DNA of 64,000 bases from a virus. A program made the translations under genes and the position numbers. Location: the IMG/VR virus record IMGVR_UViG_3300045988_152778, positions 1 through 64,000 of that record; one strand, given 5' to 3'. The notes under the pieces were generated by a model. That model saw nothing but the letters and a program-made list of their open reading frames with translations, was not told the origin of the DNA and ran no database searches. This document shows, one piece after another, positions 44,731-54,007 of the stretch (position 1 is the stretch's first letter; the number at the start of each line of letters is the position of its first letter).

Positions 44731-45698
44731 AGACAATGCAAGCGTGGTCGCTTGAAAGAAAAATACAGGTCACACAAACAAGGCTTATTGAATGGTATCA
44801 GAAGTTCAAGGGTAAGGTGTATGTCAGCTTTAGCGGAGGCAAGGATAGCACGGTACTGTTACATATTGCCCGACAGCTTTATCCTGACATAGAAGCTGTG
44901 TTTGTAGACACAGGTCTTGAGTACCCTGAAATCAGGAACTTTGTTAAGACTTTTGACAACGTGACTTGGCTTAGACCGGAAATGAATTTCCATGATGTTA
45001 TAAAAACTTACGGCTATCCAATGATAAGCAAAGAAGTATCACGATACATTTCAGTGGCACGCAGATGCCCGAACGGCAAAACAGCAATAAAATTTAACGC
45101 CAATAATCCTCACGATGCTAAATATGGCGGACGATATTCGGTTGTCAAATGGAAAAAGCTAATCGGTTCCAAAATCCCCATAAGCCACCAATGTTGTGAT
45201 GTTATGAAAAAGAAGCCTGTAAAAAAATACGAGAAGGCGAGCAGAAATAAGGCTATACTTGCTACTATGGTTACTGAGAGTAATTTGAGGAAAAACGGTT
45301 GGATGGCAAACGGCTGCAATGCTTTTGGCGCTAAACGCCCCACCTCTCAACCTATGTCGTTTTGGACAGAGCAGGACGTATTTGAATATTTACGCAGATA
45401 TAAAGTGCCTTATGCGTCTGTCTACGGCGATATCGTTGAAGAAAACGGTAAGCTTAAAACCACAAGGTGCGACCGCACAGGCTGTGTTTTCTGCGGATTT
45501 GGAGCGCACCTTGAAAAAGAGCCAACAAGGTTTCAGCGGCTCAAGGAAACGCACCCGAGGCTTTATAGTTACTGCCTGAACGGCGGAAAGTACGACGATG
45601 AGGGTTTGTGGAAGCCCACAAAAGACGGGCTGGGTATGCGTCATGTGTTCGACGAGTTAAACCGTCTGTATGGCGACGGATTTATAAAATATGAATAA
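44697..45698 (+). CDS. PAPS-reductase-like PP-loop ATP pyrophosphatase family protein (DndC/SspD/CysH-like fold)
   Basis: PP-loop VSFSGGKDS. C-terminal CDRTGCVFCGFG Cys cluster. 333 aa. Confidence 0.6.
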   Translation: MRENKYTPEDLKTMQAWSLERKIQVTQTRLIEWYQKFKGKVYVSFSGGKDSTVLLHIARQLYPDIEAVFVDTGLEYPEIRNFVKTFDNVTWLRPEMNFHDVIKTYGYPMISKEVSRYISVARRCPNGKTAIKFNANNPHDAKYGGRYSVVKWKKLIGSKIPISHQCCDVMKKKPVKKYEKASRNKAILATMVTESNLRKNGWMANGCNAFGAKRPTSQPMSFWTEQDVFEYLRRYKVPYASVYGDIVEENGKLKTTRCDRTGCVFCGFGAHLEKEPTRFQRLKETHPRLYSYCLNGGKYDDEGLWKPTKDGLGMRHVFDELNRLYGDGFIKYE

Positions 45699-45713
45699 GG
45701 AGGTAGAAGAATA

Positions 45714-46115
45714 ATGCGTGATATTGAATTTCGTGGCAAAACAATAGGCAACGGTGAATGGGTTGAGGGATATTATTATAAAGCTAAGTATTGCAGAACT
45801 GACGACGAGCTTTGTGATTATATTACTGTTCCGCACCCAAAAGAATACAACGAGCCGAGTTCGCACTATATTGTAAACCCTGAAACCGTAGGACAGTACA
45901 CAGGTCTCAAAGATAAAAACGGCACAAAGATTTTTGAGGGCGATATAGTAAAGAGAGTTTGGTTCGGCAAAAAGAGCATTTATCAAGTTGTCTATGACAA
46001 CGATCTCACGAGTTTTATCGGGCGAGCGGGTGTGAGATTTACAACATTTGACTATGGTTCAACCGAATTTGAGGTCATCGGCAATATCTACGATAATAAG
46101 TTGGAGGATTTTTAA
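45714..46115 (+). CDS. YopX-family phage protein
   Basis: MRDIEFRGKTIGNGEWVEGYY...FEVIGNIYDN matches the YopX consensus (MREIKFRaW...vIGNIyeNpELL). Confidence 0.6.
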   Translation: MRDIEFRGKTIGNGEWVEGYYYKAKYCRTDDELCDYITVPHPKEYNEPSSHYIVNPETVGQYTGLKDKNGTKIFEGDIVKRVWFGKKSIYQVVYDNDLTSFIGRAGVRFTTFDYGSTEFEVIGNIYDNKLEDF

Positions 46116-46116
46116 A

Positions 46117-46482
46117 ATGGATTATAGCGATTGTTTAGGATATCAGTTTGGATTTTGTCGGTTTAGCAGAGAACGACTGGTTTATTTGATTATCCATGCT
46201 AAAAAATCAGCCCCCGAAACAGGAAGCTTTACTGAGTACCTTGCCGAATATCTTCTTGAACATGGAGTCATCGTGCCTCCCTTAAAAGTGGGGGACACAA
46301 TCTATCAAATCGACGGTGTAAGGATATACACAAGCACAATCCATGAAATTACATATACCGAAAACAAAGTGATTTTTGTGTCTGAAAATGTCGTTTTTGA
46401 TGAGCGAGCAATAAATAATTCAATTTTCCTCATCCGTGAAAAGGCAGAACGAGCATTAAAGGAGCGTAAAAACAATGGCTGA
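46117..46482 (+). CDS. Hypothetical protein (122 aa)
   Basis: Internal ATG of ORF 46048..46482 preceded by TTGGAGGATTTTTAAA. Confidence 0.45.
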   Translation: MDYSDCLGYQFGFCRFSRERLVYLIIHAKKSAPETGSFTEYLAEYLLEHGVIVPPLKVGDTIYQIDGVRIYTSTIHEITYTENKVIFVSENVVFDERAINNSIFLIREKAERALKERKNNG

Positions 46483-46765
46483 TGCAGATAGATGTGTTTG
46501 TTGCGGAGAAAAAATTCCCGAGGGACGGCAGGTATGCCCGCAGTGTGAGATTGAATTACAGTCTAAACCAGATGTAGGAGCAGTCTTAGGCATTGAAGGA
46601 AAAATAGACGAGAATTTAATAAGTGAAGATTGGATAAAATTTTATAAAGTATGTCCTATTGCATTTTATGAGCTATGTGGACTTCGCCTTACTTTTACTC
46701 AAAAAATAATTCTGCGTACCATGTGCCTTTATGAGAGAACAAAAGATAGGAGAAGATTAAAATGA
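46475..46765 (+). CDS. Hypothetical zinc-ribbon protein (96 aa)
   Basis: MADADRCVCCGEKIPEGRQVCPQCE... Confidence 0.45.
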   Translation: MADADRCVCCGEKIPEGRQVCPQCEIELQSKPDVGAVLGIEGKIDENLISEDWIKFYKVCPIAFYELCGLRLTFTQKIILRTMCLYERTKDRRRLK

Positions 46766-46938
46766 ATTGTCCAATATGTGGTAAAGAAGTGCCATTAGAC
46801 CTTACTCAAAAAAGTAATATGGACTTCATGGGGCAAGGAAGTTTGTTGTGCAAGTCACTCCAAAGAGCAATGCACTCTGATGGATTTTATTTAGAGGACG
46901 GTGACTCCGAGCAGTTTATTAAGGAGATGTTTAAGTGA
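46762..46938 (+). CDS. Small zinc-ribbon protein (58 aa)
   Basis: MNCPICGKEVPLD...; ATGA overlap with the upstream gene. Confidence 0.35.
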   Translation: MNCPICGKEVPLDLTQKSNMDFMGQGSLLCKSLQRAMHSDGFYLEDGDSEQFIKEMFK

Positions 46939-47135
46939 AAAAAGAGTTTAATGAGTGCGTCGGATGTCCGCCTGAACTTGGGTGTATCGGTGACTCGTGT
47001 CCACATAGGCGTGTTACTCGATACTTCTGCGACAGGTGCGGTGAAGAGGAGACACTTTATTATGTGGACGGCGACGAGCTGTGTGCAGAGTGTGTGCTTG
47101 ACGGACTCGATGTTGTCGAGGGTTCGGACGAATAG
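46935..47135 (+). CDS. Small Cys-rich protein (66 aa), GTG start
   Basis: CVGCPPELGCIGDSCPHRR...CDRCGEE...CAEC. Confidence 0.4.
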   Translation: MKKEFNECVGCPPELGCIGDSCPHRRVTRYFCDRCGEEETLYYVDGDELCAECVLDGLDVVEGSDE

Positions 47136-47149
47136 AGAGGAGAGGTTCA

Positions 47150-47908
47150 ATGATAAAAATTGAGAATGTTGTAGCACCTTCTACTGAACAGTGGGAGGCG
47201 ATTATTAGGGGCTGCCGAAATCCAATGAATAGCTGGAGTAAGAGTGATAGTTTTTATCCCGAAGAGTATCGTTACGGCGATCTTCCCAGTGATGCCGTTG
47301 ATATCGGCGACAACGACCTTAATCTTATGAAGCGTCTTTGTAGCGCGGGTACTGACCATCGTAAGTTTATGAGAATGATCCCTGTTTACTTAGACATTAT
47401 TGCTCCTTTGTATTTTTGGAAAGAATTTTCGACTTACAAGGTGGGCACCGTTGCCAATTCCTGTTCTACCATGCACAAGATTCATGCGAAGGAATTTACG
47501 TTGGAGGATTTTTCACACGAACACCTATTGAGTGGAAAAGGGTTTAAGCTTGTTTATGATGATTGTAATCCAGATAGAGAAGTTGACTTTCACCTTAAAA
47601 TGGCAAGTCACCAACTTCTTGAACTAATCATTAATACATTAAATTATTACCGTAAGATATTTCTCGAAACCAAAGACAAAAAATACTGGTGGCAACTTAT
47701 TCAGTTGCTTCCATCCTCCTATAACCAGCGCCGCACTGTAATGTTGAATTATGAAGTGCTTGCCAACATTTATAAGTCTCGAAAAGGGCATCGTTTGGAC
47801 GAATGGAAGACCATGCTTGATTGGATCAAAACCCTTCCATATTCAGAGTTGATAACAGGGGAGTCCAAAGACAAGAATGAAACCGAGGGCGAGGACGAGG
47901 AGGACTAA
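47150..47908 (+). CDS. Hypothetical protein (252 aa) with weak ThyX (flavin-dependent thymidylate synthase)-like pattern; catalytic RHR motif not conserved
   Basis: MIKIENVVAPSTEQWEAIIRGCRNP and ...IIAPLYFWKEFSTYK... loosely parallel the ThyX MKIdIL....AaRvSf and APIFVARQWFRHR segments, but RHR is replaced by STY. Weak. Confidence 0.3.
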   Translation: MIKIENVVAPSTEQWEAIIRGCRNPMNSWSKSDSFYPEEYRYGDLPSDAVDIGDNDLNLMKRLCSAGTDHRKFMRMIPVYLDIIAPLYFWKEFSTYKVGTVANSCSTMHKIHAKEFTLEDFSHEHLLSGKGFKLVYDDCNPDREVDFHLKMASHQLLELIINTLNYYRKIFLETKDKKYWWQLIQLLPSSYNQRRTVMLNYEVLANIYKSRKGHRLDEWKTMLDWIKTLPYSELITGESKDKNETEGEDEED

Positions 47909-47909
47909 T

Positions 47910-48362
47910 ATGGACGCAGTAGATTACCTTAAGACAAAAGAACGAATGTGTGGAAAGTCATCTGGTTGCTCCATGTGTCCGCTTGCTATGGGCGAACCCT
48001 TTGGCTGTGAGACCGTTGAATCTCAGCACCCCGAAGAGGCTGTAGAGATGGTTGAGAAGTGGGGTGTGGAACATCCGGTAGAAACATACATGAGTGACTT
48101 CCTCAAGAAGTTCCCGAACGCGATATTTAGCAATGATGGCTATCCCTCTGATTGCGTGAGATACCTTTACGGCAACGACCATGCTCCACTCGGCGACCGT
48201 GGGTGCGTCGGTGTTTCTTGCTCAACTTGTTGGAATAGACCCATAAAGAAAGAGAAGTGTGGATATTATAAGGCTGAACACGGAGCAAAAGTGTGCATCG
48301 GTCAAAAGGGTGAGCCGTCGTGTAAGTGTGGCGGCGACGTGAATTGCTGTGAGAGAGACTAA
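47910..48362 (+). CDS. Hypothetical Cys-rich protein (150 aa)
   Basis: ATG after GAGGAGGA-N6. Multiple Cys (CGKSSGCSMCP...CVGVSCSTCWN...CKCGGDVNCCE). Confidence 0.5.
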   Translation: MDAVDYLKTKERMCGKSSGCSMCPLAMGEPFGCETVESQHPEEAVEMVEKWGVEHPVETYMSDFLKKFPNAIFSNDGYPSDCVRYLYGNDHAPLGDRGCVGVSCSTCWNRPIKKEKCGYYKAEHGAKVCIGQKGEPSCKCGGDVNCCERD

Positions 48363-48375
48363 AAGGAGAAGATAA

Positions 48376-48723
48376 ATGGGTTATTACTTTAACAGAGAAG
48401 ATATTTTAAATGGCGCAAAAGACTGCGTTTGCAGGAGCAGGGAGGCGGAATACAGCTCGCCTGAGAACAGCTTTACCGCGATAGCAAATTTGTGGACGAG
48501 CTATCTCGATGCGGCATTCCCGGACGAAAAGGTTTTGCTGACCTGTAAAGATGTCGCCGCTATGATGGTGCTTTTTAAAATGGCAAGGGTGGCGACCGGT
48601 AGAGGCAAGGCTGATAACTGGATAGACGCGGCGGGGTATGCGGCGTGTGGTGGTGAGACCGAGAAGATAATTCGACCCGACACAGAAGCCTCGAAGGACA
48701 CTGACTGTGTGGTGGTTGTGTGA
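48376..48723 (+). CDS. Hypothetical protein (115 aa)
   Basis: RBS AAAGGAGAAGATAA-ATG. Confidence 0.45.
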   Translation: MGYYFNREDILNGAKDCVCRSREAEYSSPENSFTAIANLWTSYLDAAFPDEKVLLTCKDVAAMMVLFKMARVATGRGKADNWIDAAGYAACGGETEKIIRPDTEASKDTDCVVVV

Positions 48724-49064
48724 GAAAGAAAAAGCTAAAACGGGAGCTAAATTCTCTACGCACCGACCTCGAAGCCGCTAAGAGCAATGCTGATTTTTGG
48801 AAGGGATATGCAGAGTTCAGTCAAGAAAAATTAGAAGATAACAAACAACTCCGCGAGGAGAACTTAAGACTAAGCAGGCTGCTCGCAGAGGTGACAAGTG
48901 ACCTTAACGCACTTCGCCGAAGTAGTGGATTCGCTCATGCTTACTGCGCTTACGATGAGTGGTTAGACAAAGAATACTGTGACCGTTGCAGAGAGAACGG
49001 ATATAACGATTGGAAATGGAGAGGAGTTTTAAAAAATGAAGAGAATCATTGGCGAGATATTTGA
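48720..49064 (+). CDS. Hypothetical coiled-coil protein (114 aa)
   Basis: ORF-track ORF (GTG start). Confidence 0.4.
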   Translation: MRKKKLKRELNSLRTDLEAAKSNADFWKGYAEFSQEKLEDNKQLREENLRLSRLLAEVTSDLNALRRSSGFAHAYCAYDEWLDKEYCDRCRENGYNDWKWRGVLKNEENHWRDI

Positions 49065-49464
49065 CTGGATTACAGCAATAGATGAGGCGATAGAAATAAC
49101 TGCCAAAGATGAGGCTCATAGCGACCACAAGGGTGACGAGCCACAGATACATACGTGTCCCGCAGACTGCAAGGGAGCACCCGGTGCCAACTGGCACTCA
49201 ATAGAAACTGTCGGCGACCTGCCCGAGTACAGTGGCAAATTTATCGTGACGATTGAGGAGATTTTCTATTCAATCAATTGTATGCACTCGGGACCCCGCA
49301 ACGAGAGAGCGACCGTTACAGCGTGGTACGACGCCGACTCGATGACTTGGGAGATTGACGGCGTGGACGAACCTATAGACGCAGTTGAGGGTGGAAGTGT
49401 TGACGGTGTGCTCACCTTTGTGGTGGCATGGCAGATACTTCCTGAACCTTACGAGGAGGACTGA
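49036..49464 (+). CDS. Hypothetical protein (142 aa)
   Basis: RBS GGAGAGGAG-N9-ATG. Confidence 0.45.
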   Translation: MKRIIGEIFDWITAIDEAIEITAKDEAHSDHKGDEPQIHTCPADCKGAPGANWHSIETVGDLPEYSGKFIVTIEEIFYSINCMHSGPRNERATVTAWYDADSMTWEIDGVDEPIDAVEGGSVDGVLTFVVAWQILPEPYEED

Positions 49465-49468
49465 TAGG

Positions 49469-49681
49469 ATGATTAATATTCTTAGAAATGGAGCAAGCAA
49501 AACACTTGAGTTTAAGTGTTCGACCTGCGGGTGCGTTTTCGAAGCAGACATAAATAGCTATGTTCTGACGGGAGAGGAGATCGTTCGTGAGTCATACGAT
49601 GGGGCGCACAAAGTTGTTGTGTATGCACCTTATACAATGTCAAAATGCCCGTGCTGCGGACGAGTAGCATACGAGGCTTAA
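49469..49681 (+). CDS. Small zinc-ribbon protein (70 aa)
   Basis: ATG after GAGGAGGA-N8. FKCSTCGC...SKCPCCGR. Confidence 0.45.
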   Translation: MINILRNGASKTLEFKCSTCGCVFEADINSYVLTGEEIVRESYDGAHKVVVYAPYTMSKCPCCGRVAYEA

Positions 49682-49707
49682 CTTATATATACGGAGGTTT
49701 ACAAAAC

Positions 49708-49911
49708 ATGAAAGTAATACTTTATACAACGCATTGCCCTAAATGCAATGTACTGACGACCAAACTGAAATCGAAGGGAGTGGACTACGAAGAAATTACC
49801 GACGTGGATGTTATGAGAGACAAGGGTTTTATGTCGGCTCCTATGCTTGAGGTTGACGGAAAGACAATGACTTTCGTCGAAGCAATTAAATGGGTTAACG
49901 AGGTGATGTGA
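49708..49911 (+). CDS. nrdH: NrdH-like glutaredoxin (thioredoxin fold, CPKC active site)
   Basis: MKVILYTTHCPKCNVLTTKLKSKGVDYEEI... Redoxin CxxC at the helix-1 N-terminus. Immediately upstream of nrdD. Confidence 0.65.
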   Translation: MKVILYTTHCPKCNVLTTKLKSKGVDYEEITDVDVMRDKGFMSAPMLEVDGKTMTFVEAIKWVNEVM

Positions 49912-49914
49912 TAT

Positions 49915-51843
49915 ATGAAGTTCAATATAGATAGTCTCGATAGAAGTTTTGTAATTGAATATAATCGTCTGCAAAATGCTTACCCAGAGAGGCTGGGCGA
50001 GCTCAATGGTTTTGGAGATAAACAGCTCAACTATACCGATTTCATCGACAATTTTGTTGATAAGCAAACCATAGCAGACGCGAGTATAGATGGCAACGCG
50101 AATGTTGCACACAAGGATATTGTTTCGCTCATAAACGAAATGTCGAAGCCCCATTCAAAACTTTTGGCGTTCAACAAGATATTTCATGAGCTGACTAAGA
50201 AGTATGGACACGAGGATGCCACTGAGTGGCTGAAGGGCGAGTGGGACGGACACTTTTATCTGCACGACGCTCATAGCTCGTCTTGGGTTCCGTATTGCTT
50301 CGCTTATGATATAGACGAACTGGTGAAGCGCGGACTCTATTTCATAGATAACTTTAATGCGGCTCCGCCTCAGCACCTCAATACATATACTGATTTTGTC
50401 AGCGAATTTGTGTCGTGGACGTGCAATAGGTCTTCAGGCGCGGTTGGGCTTCCGAGTTTTCTCGTCTATTCGTATTACTTCTGGAAGAAAGATTGCGACG
50501 AGGGTTACTTTGTAAAGTCTCCTGAATATTACAGAGATCAGTCTTTTCAGGAGATAATATATCGACTTAATCAGCCCTATCTGAGGGGCGGAATCCAGTC
50601 GGCTTTTACCAACTTCTCAATATTTGATAAGCCATATCTTGAAGCGCTCTTCGGCGGTAAAGAGTTCCCCGACGGCACATTCATTATAGATTATATCGAC
50701 GAGATTAAAGAATATCAGAAGGCGTTTATGAAAGTGCTTTCAGATACAAGAAGAGAGAACCTTATGACATTTCCGGTTGTTTCGTTCGCTCTTCTCAGAC
50801 AGAACGGTAAGTTCGTAGATGAGGATTTTGCAAAGTGGTGTTGCCGTCATAACATGAAGTGGGCGGATAGTAACATTTTCGTATCAGAGGATGTTACAAG
50901 CTTGAGTAACTGCTGTCGCCTGAAAAGCAACATAAAGGAGCTTGGTTACTTCAATAGTATCGGCGGGTCGGCGCTTGAGGTTGGATCTATTAAGGTAAAC
51001 ACAATAAACCTTGCCCGTCTTGCCTACGAGACAACATCAAAGGAAGAGTATCTTGAAGCTCTTAAGGGTCGAGTAATTACCTGTGCAAAAACTCTTGATG
51101 TTATTAGAGATATTATGAAGCGAAACACAGAAAAGGGGCTGCTTCCCAACTACGCGCTCGGTATTATTAACATGAAGTCACAGTACAACACCGTTGGCAT
51201 CATTGGTGTGTACGAAGCGTTGCAGAAGTTTGGCTACACTTACCACGACGAGTTCGGCAATACATACTATAAAGACGAGGGCGTAGAGTTTGCCAAGAAG
51301 ATACTCGCGACAATCACCGAGATTAAAGACGAGTTCGTCAAGGACAAGGACTACATGATGAACATCGAACAGGTTCCCGGAGAGAGAGCTGCGGCTGTTC
51401 TTATGGAAAAAGACAAGCTATTCTTTCCCGATGAGAAATACGACCTTCCTCTGTACGGCAACCAGTGGATTCCGCTCGGCATAAAGACAACCATAGCTGA
51501 AAAGGTTAGAGTGAGTGCTATCCTTGACAAGGCTTGTTCAGGCGGCAGTATAGTCCATATTAACATCAGTTCTCCATTCAACAGTTTCGATGAAGCTTGG
51601 TATATGATGAATTATGTTGCGGACGCGGGTGTTAACTACTTTGCTTTTAATCTTCGCATATCGGCTTGTGACAACAATCATGGATTCTTTGGAGATACTT
51701 GTCCCGAGTGTGGACACCCCGTTGAGACGACATATCAGCGTATAGTCGGTTTCCTTACGCCTACTAAGACCTACTCTGAGGCTCGTAAGAAAGAGTTTGC
51801 TATGCGTGACTGGTTTGACCTTAACAATATAGGAGAACTTTAA
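49915..51843 (+). CDS. nrdD: Anaerobic ribonucleoside-triphosphate reductase (class III RNR large subunit)
   Basis: 642 aa. C-terminal zinc ribbon CDNNHGFFGDTCPECGH and glycyl-radical-type motif YQRIVGFLTP (R-x-x-G-[YF]). Followed by an NrdG-like gene. Confidence 0.75.
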   Translation: MKFNIDSLDRSFVIEYNRLQNAYPERLGELNGFGDKQLNYTDFIDNFVDKQTIADASIDGNANVAHKDIVSLINEMSKPHSKLLAFNKIFHELTKKYGHEDATEWLKGEWDGHFYLHDAHSSSWVPYCFAYDIDELVKRGLYFIDNFNAAPPQHLNTYTDFVSEFVSWTCNRSSGAVGLPSFLVYSYYFWKKDCDEGYFVKSPEYYRDQSFQEIIYRLNQPYLRGGIQSAFTNFSIFDKPYLEALFGGKEFPDGTFIIDYIDEIKEYQKAFMKVLSDTRRENLMTFPVVSFALLRQNGKFVDEDFAKWCCRHNMKWADSNIFVSEDVTSLSNCCRLKSNIKELGYFNSIGGSALEVGSIKVNTINLARLAYETTSKEEYLEALKGRVITCAKTLDVIRDIMKRNTEKGLLPNYALGIINMKSQYNTVGIIGVYEALQKFGYTYHDEFGNTYYKDEGVEFAKKILATITEIKDEFVKDKDYMMNIEQVPGERAAAVLMEKDKLFFPDEKYDLPLYGNQWIPLGIKTTIAEKVRVSAILDKACSGGSIVHINISSPFNSFDEAWYMMNYVADAGVNYFAFNLRISACDNNHGFFGDTCPECGHPVETTYQRIVGFLTPTKTYSEARKKEFAMRDWFDLNNIGEL

Positions 51844-52316
51844 TGCGAGTAAAAGCAATCGAAGTAGAGGCGTTTGGGGACTATAAATATCCTGCAATGC
51901 TTATAGGTGCTAACGGTTGCGACTGGAAATGCGAGAGAGATTGCGGGGAGAAGCTGTGTCAAAACTCTTCCCTTGCAACTTCTCCCACTATCGAGGTTGC
52001 TCCGCATAGACTGTTTGAGCTTTATCAGTCGAGCACTGTGACGAAAGCAGTTGTGTTTGGCGGGTTGGAGCCCATACTTCAAATAGAAGAGATTCTTGAA
52101 GTTATTGATTATTTTCGTCAGCGCACAGACGACCCTATCATAATTTACACGGGGTATATACCCGATGAAATTGAGTCTAAACTAAACGAGCTCAGACGAT
52201 ACAAAAACATTATCGTAAAGTTCGGGCGGTTTATCCCAAACCAAGAGCCCCACAGAGACGATGTTCTTGGGGTGATGTTAGCAAGTAACAACCAGTATGC
52301 GAAAAAGATAAGCTAA
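51843..52316 (+). CDS. nrdG: Anaerobic RNR activating protein (radical-SAM, NrdG-like)
   Basis: Cys cluster GANGCDWKCERDCGEKLC near the N-terminus, VVFGGLEP (GGEP-type motif), 157 aa. ATGA overlap with nrdD. Confidence 0.6.
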   Translation: MRVKAIEVEAFGDYKYPAMLIGANGCDWKCERDCGEKLCQNSSLATSPTIEVAPHRLFELYQSSTVTKAVVFGGLEPILQIEEILEVIDYFRQRTDDPIIIYTGYIPDEIESKLNELRRYKNIIVKFGRFIPNQEPHRDDVLGVMLASNNQYAKKIS

Positions 52317-52325
52317 GGAGGTAAT

Positions 52326-52595
52326 ATGGAAGATAGACTTACAATTAAGTTTGAATTAAAGACCCAGAAAGGGTATCAATCTACAAAGTCTATATCTACT
52401 CAACCACCTAATAAAGGCTCAAATGTTCAGCCGGCAAAAAACGATAATATCTTCCTTGTGCAGTGTGGTTATTCGAGACGAGACAATATTTTTATGGAGT
52501 CTCTTACAGACGACGAGCTTGAGGCGGTAGCTTACTTTCTTGAGGATTATAGACTGGCTAAGAAGAATAAGGAGAAGAATAATGAAGAAGATTAA
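52326..52595 (+). CDS. Hypothetical protein (89 aa)
   Basis: RBS AAGGAGGTAAT-ATG. Confidence 0.45.
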   Translation: MEDRLTIKFELKTQKGYQSTKSISTQPPNKGSNVQPAKNDNIFLVQCGYSRRDNIFMESLTDDELEAVAYFLEDYRLAKKNKEKNNEED

Positions 52596-53013
52596 AATAA
52601 AGTATCATGACGCGAATATGGAGCGTCTTCAGAAAATATCACAGGGCGACTGGATAGATCTCAGGGCTGCTGAAACTGTAGAACTTAAGAGGGGAGAGTT
52701 TAAGATTATATCCCTCGGCGTATCTATGAAGCTTCCCGACGGTTACGAGGCTCATGTTGTACCGAGAAGCAGTACATACAAGAACTTCAAGGTCATACAG
52801 GCTAACAGCATGGGAATTATAGATAACAGCTACAGCGGTGACAACGATGTGTGGATGTTCCCTGCGATAGCTCTTGAAGATACAAAAATTGAAAAGGGTG
52901 ACAGAATATGCCAGTTTCGCATAGTGAAATCTATGCCTAAAGTGCGTCTCGACGAAGTAGACCATCTCGATGACCAGTCCAGAGGCGGGTTCGGTTCTAC
53001 GGGAGTGAAGTAA
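52582..53013 (+). CDS. dut: dUTP diphosphatase (trimeric dUTPase)
   Basis: dUTPase motifs [11 protein letters not shown] (M1), PRSS (M2), [12 protein letters not shown] (M3), RICQFRIV (M4), [11 protein letters not shown] (M5). ATG after AAGGAGAAGAATA. Confidence 0.85.
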   Translation: MKKIKIKYHDANMERLQKISQGDWIDLRAAETVELKRGEFKIISLGVSMKLPDGYEAHVVPRSSTYKNFKVIQANSMGIIDNSYSGDNDVWMFPAIALEDTKIEKGDRICQFRIVKSMPKVRLDEVDHLDDQSRGGFGSTGVK

Positions 53014-53037
53014 TGAAGAATAACAAGCTTTTGTTTT

Positions 53038-53445
53038 ATGTCTTGTCGTTCACTTGGGGTTTTGCCTATGACGCTTGTCGGCGTGGTTGCCGCCGCAGTT
53101 ATGCTGTTGCTCTTCAGGAAGCCGGAGCTGTGTGGCTATTGTATAAGGTTTAGGATTGGCAACGGCTGGGGTGGTGTGTCGCTTGGACTAACGATAATTA
53201 CAGACAACCAGTCAGAGAGCGAGATTACATACCACGAACACGGTCATGCAATTCAGAACACGCTCTATGGTTTCTTTATGCCGGTTTTCGTATGTATTCC
53301 CTCGATGATACGATATTGGCACAGAGAATACCTTGTGCGGATAAAAGGGTATAGATATAGCTCTTTACCCGCTTACGACGACGCATGGTATGAGGGACAG
53401 GCGACCAGATGGGGCACAGAATTTATGGCAAATCTCGGACGGTAA
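53038..53445 (+). CDS. Putative membrane protein with HExxH motif (possible zincin-like metallopeptidase); start uncertain
   Basis: TM segments then ...ITYHEHGHAIQN... An alternative short ORF in another frame starts at 53012 ([19 protein letters not shown]...). Confidence 0.4.
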   Translation: MSCRSLGVLPMTLVGVVAAAVMLLLFRKPELCGYCIRFRIGNGWGGVSLGLTIITDNQSESEITYHEHGHAIQNTLYGFFMPVFVCIPSMIRYWHREYLVRIKGYRYSSLPAYDDAWYEGQATRWGTEFMANLGR

Positions 53446-53535
53446 TTTTAGCCTACAAGTTAACTCGTGAGATATTTAAACTTCAAGTTTATAATCTAAA
53501 AACAGTAAAAAGTGAGCTAAAATAAAGAATAACGG

Positions 53536-53563
53536 TTGACTTCCTTTATTAATGTGGTATAAT
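53536..53563 (+). promoter_or_regulatory. Consensus promoter TTGACT-N16-TGgTATAAT
   Basis: TTGACT (53536..53541), TATAAT (53558..53563) with TGn extension. Confidence 0.65.
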
Positions 53564-53600
53564 TCCAGTAGAGAACCTCTCGGTTCCTATACACCTATTT

Positions 53601-53632
53601 AAGAGCGGTTTTGCTTAAGCAAAACCGCTCTT
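53601..53632. promoter_or_regulatory. Perfect 14-bp-arm palindrome AAGAGCGGTTTTGC-TTAA-GCAAAACCGCTCTT between two promoters
   Basis: Exact inverted repeat. Could be an operator or attenuator hairpin. Confidence 0.5.
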
Positions 53633-53647
53633 GTCCTATAAAAGGTA

Positions 53648-53675
53648 TTGACAATATATTTCTATAAGTTATAAT
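53648..53675 (+). promoter_or_regulatory. Second consensus promoter TTGACA-N16-TATAAT
   Basis: TTGACA (53648..53653), TATAAT (53670..53675). Confidence 0.65.
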
Positions 53676-53712
53676 TAGCCTGTAGATAAAACAAACGGTA
53701 AGGAGGAGCTTT

Positions 53713-53958
53713 ATGACTTTAGAGAAGTATTTCGAAAAGACCGGCAAAATTTATGGCGTTTCAAGTAAGTTTGATTTCGGTAAGTGGCATCACCGATTAG
53801 CCGAGTTTGACAGCTTAGAAGAAGCTTATAAGTGGCTTAACACTGAAGAGGGCGACTTCCGCACAAGAGAGATTGGGTCAAAGACTCACATTGCTAAGAT
53901 TGCCGGTATAACCCCTCAAAAGTTAGACGAAGAACTAAAGCCTTATTTTATGAGATAA
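53713..53958 (+). CDS. Small hypothetical protein (81 aa) in a single-gene transcription unit
   Basis: RBS AAGGAGGAGCTTT-ATG. MTLEKYFEKTGKIYGVSSKFDFGKWHHRLAEFDSLEEAYKWLNTEEGDFRTREIGSKTHIAKIAGITPQKLDEELKPYFMR. Two strong promoters upstream, terminator directly downstream. Confidence 0.55.
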   Translation: MTLEKYFEKTGKIYGVSSKFDFGKWHHRLAEFDSLEEAYKWLNTEEGDFRTREIGSKTHIAKIAGITPQKLDEELKPYFMR

Positions 53959-53964
53959 TTTAGG

Positions 53965-54006
53965 TAAAAAAAACGGGTAGGGAGAAATCCCTACCCGTTT
54001 TTTTTA
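53965..54006. terminator. Bidirectional rho-independent terminator separating convergent plus-strand (early/replication) and minus-strand (late/lysis) transcription
   Basis: AAAAAAAACGGGTAGGGA-GAAA-TCCCTACCCGTTTTTTTTT: 11-bp perfect stem, GAAA loop, A-tract upstream and T-tract downstream. Confidence 0.85.
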
Positions 54007-54007
54007 C

